Assembly (NCBI GenBank): GCA_001179505.1
Contig: CDMY01000387.1
Coordinates: 26,326-90,325, forward strand
DNA: 64,000 nt
Direction of reading: 5' to 3'
DNA from: Vitrella brassicaformis CCMP3155
Lineage: Eukaryota > Protista > Chromerida
Shown here piece after piece: positions 58,301 through 64,000 of the stretch. The notes below the pieces were generated by a model, which was not told the DNA's origin, did not search any database, and saw nothing but the letters and a program-made list of their open reading frames with translations. How positions within the stretch are numbered: position 1 is the first letter of the stretch; every line of letters starts with the position of its first letter. Made by a program: the position numbers and the translations under genes.

Positions 58301-60139
58301 TCAATACGTCCGCCCGAGCTTGGAGAAGCTGACACAAGAATCACACACGAACGAACAGTGAGGTGCCTTGCCTCGTTGGTTGTGTGTATGCTATGTGTGT
58401 CTGTGGGCTGTGCTGTGCTGTACCCGATGGTGGCGCAGAGGACGCAGAATAGGTTGAAGGCGAAGTGCGAGAAGACGCCCAGCAGGAAATACTTGTACCC
58501 GTCGTCTCGATAGGCCTTCTGCTCGCCCAGCGGATCCTGCACACAACACAACACAACACACACACGCCACCTTGGCCGACTGGATAGGATAGTGTGTCTC
58601 TGTGCAGTGCATGTGACGTACGTACTTGCATCCAGTAGAAGAATAGCGGGTGTGGGCTTGAGATGCCGTAGACGGCCTCGGCCTCCTGCACCGCCAGTCG
58701 GTAGAACGGACGGTCCTCATCCTGCGCACACAACACAAACCAAGAGCCAATGCACAGACAGACAGACACACGCCCACTTCATGTTATCGGCCCACCCCTT
58801 CCAACAGAACGAGCCTTACGTGCATCAGTCGGAGTCCGTTGCGCGCTCGGGCGTTGGCGTACTCGCCGCACCGGAAATCGGCACTGAGGGGGAGAGCACA
58901 GCCACAGACAGATCGATGCAAAGGCGTATCTCACAGATTAGACAGCCGTGCGCTGCAGGTTATGCTCACCGGTCGGCGCAGCAGTTTTTGCCAACGGCCC
59001 AGAAGTCATATGTGGTCATCGCAGCACCAGCCTACACCACACACAGGGGTCCGAATGGCTGGCCATCCATGGCGACCCACACACCGCACAGGTGGTAGCT
59101 AGCTTGCCTTGATGATGGGTGCGACGCAGTAGAGGTCGCCGTTTTTGAACCCCACAGACCTGGTGGTGTCGATCTGGGAGCCTGCCGTGAAATACACCTG
59201 GTGGCCATCCACACATGAACGAGTACATGCGACGGACAGCGGCAATCTGCCGCTGCTATTACCTTTCCCGCATCCATGAGTGCCTGCCCCTTGTCGAGCT
59301 CAGGCTTGACGTCTTCATATACCTGCATACAGACACACCACACAAACGTGTTCCCCCCCACTGGCTGGTTTGTCTGTCTGTCTGCGTGTGTAGGTAAGCT
59401 ACCTGCAGGTTGTTGATGTCGTAGTAAGGCGCCAGGTTGGATCTGTAGTTGATGTCGCCGAGGATCACCGCTATGAGCACCGCAACTGCCATCGCTACCG
59501 TAGCGAACGTATACCACATCGGGTCTCGCTCGCGACGCTTCGACTGAATCGCCGTGACTGACAATAAAAAATCGTCAAGGAGGCACACATCGCATCGACC
59601 GACACCCATAAAAGGCCCATGGCGAGTGGAGTGCGTCTGGTCTTCATTCTCTGCGTGTGTACGTACATCCGACGAGGAGCACCATCAGCACCGCAATGCC
59701 TGACGGACGGACGGACGGACGGTCGGACGGGCAAAAAAGGCGGCGGTCAGCACAGTGAATGCGTCTTGACTTGTGTGTGTGTGTATGTGTGGTGGTGTTG
59801 TGCACTGCACCTACCGACGAGGAACCAGGCCCACCCCGGGTGTTTGTAGTGGAAGTCAAACGACAGGGTGGCAAACACACCTGCATTGCATCCACACATA
59901 CACATGCTGTGGATCAACCATGCATTGCATTCGTCTGCCTCTGACTGATCGGCCGTACAGATGAATAGTATCCAGGGCACAAAGATGTTGAGGCATATCG
60001 CCACTATATTCATACGACGCCGCTTCCCTGCACACACAACACACAACACTCCGGACGATGGATGGCCGCAAGCTGGTTGTGTGGCTGCACCTGGCGTGAA
60101 GAGGCCGCGCTTGGCCGTGCCGCCGCCGCCGCCCAGCAT
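58301..60139 (-). CDS. Multi-pass membrane protein with a Cys-containing lumenal domain ([11 protein letters not shown] motif)
   Basis: Spliced product: [21 protein letters not shown] segments, [52 protein letters not shown], and a C-terminal TM ending [12 protein letters not shown]. Confidence 0.8.
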
Positions 60140-60326
60140 GATAGCGATGGATGGATCAGATGGTCAGGGCAACGGCACCACTCCACAGGAGACCAGCACG
60201 GCGCACCAATACCACCTTCTGCAGTAAGATCTGCCACTCCAATGGACCAGTGAGGTCCTTCCCGCCTATTTCTTGCCGCCTTTGCCCTCCTTCCTTTTCA
60301 ATCCCTCTGACGGATTTACGAGCGAT

Positions 60327-60334
60327 CGCGAGCT
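60327..60334 (+). promoter_or_regulatory. CGCGAGCT (1 mismatch) between the membrane protein and RimP
   Basis: cgcgagcttaa, about 19 nt upstream of the ATG at 60353. Confidence 0.4.
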
Positions 60335-60352
60335 TAAACGAACTGCCCCAGA

Positions 60353-61983
60353 ATGAAGATCTTGTTGCTATCGGTTCCAGTGGTGTCCGGCGATGATCTG
60401 AGTGTGCTGCATCTCGCCCCTCCAAGACCAGCAAAGGTGGCGCCTTCACCTGCATTCGCTCCCCTGCAGCGGCTGCCGCGGCGCAAGACGCCCTTCAGAG
60501 GTGCCCGAGTCCTGCCTCCATCCTCCCGGCATCCCCTGACAATGCAGCGAGAGGTCATCGATGGAAGCCACCTGTGGGACTTCGACTGCGAGCCAACAGC
60601 AGCAACGACGAAGAGGCGGCGGGGAGGTCCACGCAGATCTGGCGGTGTTGGTAGTGCAGGGCAACGGGACTACAACAGGATGGTGGATGTGGTCAGCGCA
60701 CTAGAAGTGGCTGAGGAGGGGATTGCGGAGGAAGGAGATGATCATGATGATGCCACTGCCGAGGAGGAGGAGGAGGGCGAGTCTGACTTTGAGGATTATG
60801 TGGGCGATCCGACGACGACAGCTGAGCTGGGACGGATGCTGGACGAGCTCGACACTCAGACATACCTGCAGACAGATGAAGGTGGGGCCTGGCGTGTTTG
60901 TGCGAAGATGCACATTGGCAGTGGTTCATGTGCTGGCTGCTATGTTCAGACATGGACGAAGCGACGCAGATCTACTTCAGAAAGCTGCTTGAGTCGGAGG
61001 GGCGGCGGCTCGATGAGGAGGCGGCCGATGAGGAAGATGAGATGAGTGACACCCCTGTCAACATGGCGAGGGAGCAGTACAAGCTCTGGTCGCACCTCAA
61101 CTTCATGCTGGGCGACAACAGGGAAGTCGGTAAGCTAAGCAGCCCAGCCACAGACACACGCGAAGGAAGACACATCGGGCGGGCAAGGCATCTCATCTGT
61201 GGGCCATGTCATGTCATGTAGGTTGGAAGTCATCGATAGAGGATACAATCAGGCAGGAGGTTGAGGGTGCTGGGTTCGGCCTACACAACATAGCCTGGGG
61301 CGGCAAGGGCGTCATGGTCGAAGTACAAGACGGAGAATTCCTGGTCAGTGCCAGGGGGGATGCAAACAACCACACCGCACCACCTCTTCATTGCACCTGT
61401 TGTCCTCTCTGTGTGTGTGCAGGAGGTGACCGACCAGTCGCTGGAGACCTGCCATCGGCGGACCTACACGGCCCTCCAGCTGCTGGACGACAAGAGCAGC
61501 TTCGGGTTCCTCGACAAAATGGACCTCACCTTCGCCAGTGTGGGCGTGTCGGACGTCATCGACACCGACAAGGCATTCAACGCTCTCAGGTGACCAGCAG
61601 GGCTGCCACACACACATACACCGATGAATAGACAGACAGCGGACAACATCCGGAGTACCCCATGTGTTTGTTGCGTTGCGTGTAGGGGTTTCGTTGTGGA
61701 CGTCAAGCTCTTTGAAGAGCACAAGGGCAAGCTCATCCACACGGTGAGGCGGCTCGCACATCGATCTCCCTGACGGTCGCTTGACTTGCCCTCTGTTCTC
61801 TTCACTCGTGCCCTGCAGGGTCGGCTTCAAGAGAAGACCGATGACCATGTGGTTCTGAACCTCAAGGGCAGGCCCTTCAAGATCCCGATCGAGCTGGTTG
61901 ACGAGGTGCGGCTGTCCCAGAAGGATGAAGACCCCGCCATGCAGCCAGGCCCCAAGAGAACCAAGAAGAAATCGCGGAAGTGA
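60353..61983 (+). CDS. rimP: Ribosome maturation factor RimP, probably plastid-targeted
   Basis: C-terminal LTFASVGVSDVIDTDKAFNALRGFVVDVKL..EHKGK...GRL.EKTDDHVVLNLKGRPFKIP.ELVDEVRL matches the cyanobacterial/plastid RimP pattern. The N-terminus is hydrophobic followed by a Pro/Arg-rich leader. Confidence 0.75.
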
Positions 61984-62287
61984 TTGATACATACGTGGCG
62001 CGGTGCGTGTCTGAGTGGTCTGTTCGAGCGAACGAAGAGCAGCTGTGTCGTGATGACTCTCGTCTCTGCTGTGCATGTTGAATCCTTGGTACTAGCTGAG
62101 GACCAGTGTCATTCGAATCAATCATCACATGGATGCGATGCATCCGATGCGTCAATCTGTACAAACAAATGCACCCATATCCCTCCCCTCACAGCCCCAC
62201 CCACTCCCACACTACACAGAAACACCCACGAGAGCATAGCATCTCTTCATTGGCCTGGCCCGCCCATCCCATCGCATCCCCTGCTCG

Positions 62288-63572
62288 CTACTCCGGCGCT
62301 TCTTGCCTCCACACCTTGATCAGCCCATCGGCAGAGGTCGTCAACATGGCCTCCTTCTCAGCATGGAACCGCACTGTGAATATCGCCCCGCCGTGGGCCT
62401 TCTCGTGGTGCAGCAGCTTGGGGTTGAGGAGGTCCCACACGCACAGCCGGTGGTCTTCCGACCCGCAGAAGATGTGAGCGTCTGAGGGGTCGAGGACCGC
62501 CCTGACGCGGTACTTGTGGTTGGTGTGGCCGCGGTACGAGTTGAGCAGCTCACCCGTGCCCTTCTCCAGCAGACGGATAGTGTCGTCTAGACACGTCACC
62601 AACACACAGTTCTCGTCGTTGGACAACGTCACGCTGCAACAAACAGCGAAGAAGGAGCGATTTGTGCTGGCCGCTTGTCTATCTCTCTCGGTGTGTGTGT
62701 GTGTGTACCTGCCGATAGGGTGTTTGAGGTCGTCAGTGGTGAGCCTCCCCATCCGCACGTCGTACCGCCTCACTCGGCCATCGACGCTGCCCGTCAGGAT
62801 CTCGTCGTCAGTCACACACAGACTGAACCAACGAACGAACGAAGGAAGAAACACAACAGCGATACAGAACCATGCGCCGCTGTCTGAGTGTGTGTGGCTG
62901 CTCACGCGGTGACGGAGTCCTTGGCCTCTTTGAGTATCTGGAGCGGCGCCCGTGTGTTTGACTTGAGGTCCCAGCACCGCACTGTCCTGTCCCAGGATCC
63001 CGTGATCAGCAACTCATGGCTCGAGTTGAACTCACAGCAGTTGATCTTCCCTGCATTGCAAGGCAATTAAGGTGGAAACAATCGATAGGATAGCTAATGG
63101 CTGGCACGGGAGAAATGAATGAGCTTCTGTGTGGTGGATGCGATGCGCATGTGGCGTACCTCACCTTCGTGTCCCGTGAGGCGCCGTATGACGTTGCCGG
63201 TGGCCACGTCCCACATGAAGCCAAACTTGTCCCCCCCGACCGACGCGAACTTGGCATTGTCGGGCGTCACCACCGCATCATTCACCTCGTGATTGTGAGG
63301 GCCTGACGCCACACACAGACACAGCGAGTGAACTGAACCCATGCATACATAGCATAGTGAGCGATGGCCTGCCTGCATGTGATGGGACTGACTGACTGAC
63401 CCTTGTATTCCTTGATGAAGAGGCCTTTGTGTGGGTTCCACAGCCGCAGCGTCTTGTCCTGCCCACAGCTGAGGCAGTAGCTGCCGTCCTTGTTGAACCG
63501 CACGTTCTGCACAGACCCCTTGTGCCCTCGCAGCGTCGCGGTGCTCTTCCATGGCACGAACTCGCTGCTCAT
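62288..63572 (-). CDS. WDR83: WD40 protein WDR83/MORG1
   Basis: LRGHKGSVQNVRFNKDGSYCLSCGQDKTLRLWNP..G..IKEY.G.H.HEV.D, DEILTGSVDGRVRRYDVRMG, and LLNSYRGHTN. Confidence 0.92.
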
Positions 63573-64000
63573 CGATGCATCACACACACACACACGCGAT
63601 GGATGGAAGCGGCGATATGAACTCAAAGCCAAATAAGCACCAACTCCCAGAGATCTACGGGATCTAAGCCAGAGAAAGCGCTCAAGCGGTCAAGAGCGGT
63701 TTCAGCTCGAGAGAGCGGTTTCACGGAATGTCCTAAGCGGCCTGACGGCCAAGTCCCATGTCTTTCACGCACAATCAAACGACGACACGCAACAGGAATC
63801 ACCCACGCACGCTCCACATGCACAGAGGAACCCAAGGAACACACTCACGAGGCCTCCAGACCGAAACCCACGGCCGTCCGCTGAATACGAGTCGTTTGCT
63901 GGACTAAGTCGTAGATCTGGCCGAGTTGTCAGAGGCTGCGTGTGTTGGGGTAGATCCCGCCGTGTAATGCAACTGCATGCTGAGAACCCTGAGCACTCCG

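Noticed and set aside
63600-64000. Possible structured RNA, and a gagcggtttca direct repeat upstream of WDR83
   Set aside because: No tRNA box A/B or snRNA signatures; only two copies of an 11-mer. The nearby cagctcgag is only a weak variant of the promoter motif.
1-64000. CRISPR arrays, transposases/reverse transcriptases, rRNA, telomeric repeats
   Set aside because: None seen. Periodic sequences are 2-5-nt microsatellites or short coding repeats without unique spacers.

Overview
Gene-dense, GC-rich, intron-rich eukaryotic window. It is most consistent with a chromerid alveolate such as Vitrella brassicaformis. This is inferred from short GT-AG introns full of AC/GT/GACA microsatellites, plastid-type targeting peptides, apicomplexan-like genes and retained sterol synthesis. 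Exons were joined by hand into about 21 genes: a 5'-partial lineage-specific gene, a kinase pseudogene, a TRF-like Myb protein, BuGZ/ZNF207, a UAS-UBX protein, a secreted LDRH-repeat/lectin-like protein, a chimeric ORF carrying an inverted copy of the UCH N-terminus, UCH-L3, squalene synthase, an intronless ethanolamine-phosphate cytidylyltransferase, several hypotheticals, a MORN-SAM-TKL kinase, a flavin amine oxidase, TOR, an SLC12 cotransporter, DNALI1/p28, a DFWAVG-CC membrane protein, plastid RimP and WDR83/MORG1. There are two 300-N gaps. No rRNA, tRNA, CRISPR array or transposase was recognised. Main hunt results: (1) a recurrent TGCGAGCT motif just upstream of many start codons, mostly inside short head-to-head intergenic gaps, as a candidate bidirectional promoter element; (2) a UBX protein and a UCH deubiquitinase with signal/transit-like leaders, as candidate plastid-import (SELMA-like) factors; (3) a secreted mosaic protein with uncharacterised repeats; (4) introns with AC-rich 5' halves and GT-rich 3' halves; (5) a ~70-aa insertion in the TOR FRB domain. 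All exon joins and motif counts were done by eye, not computed.
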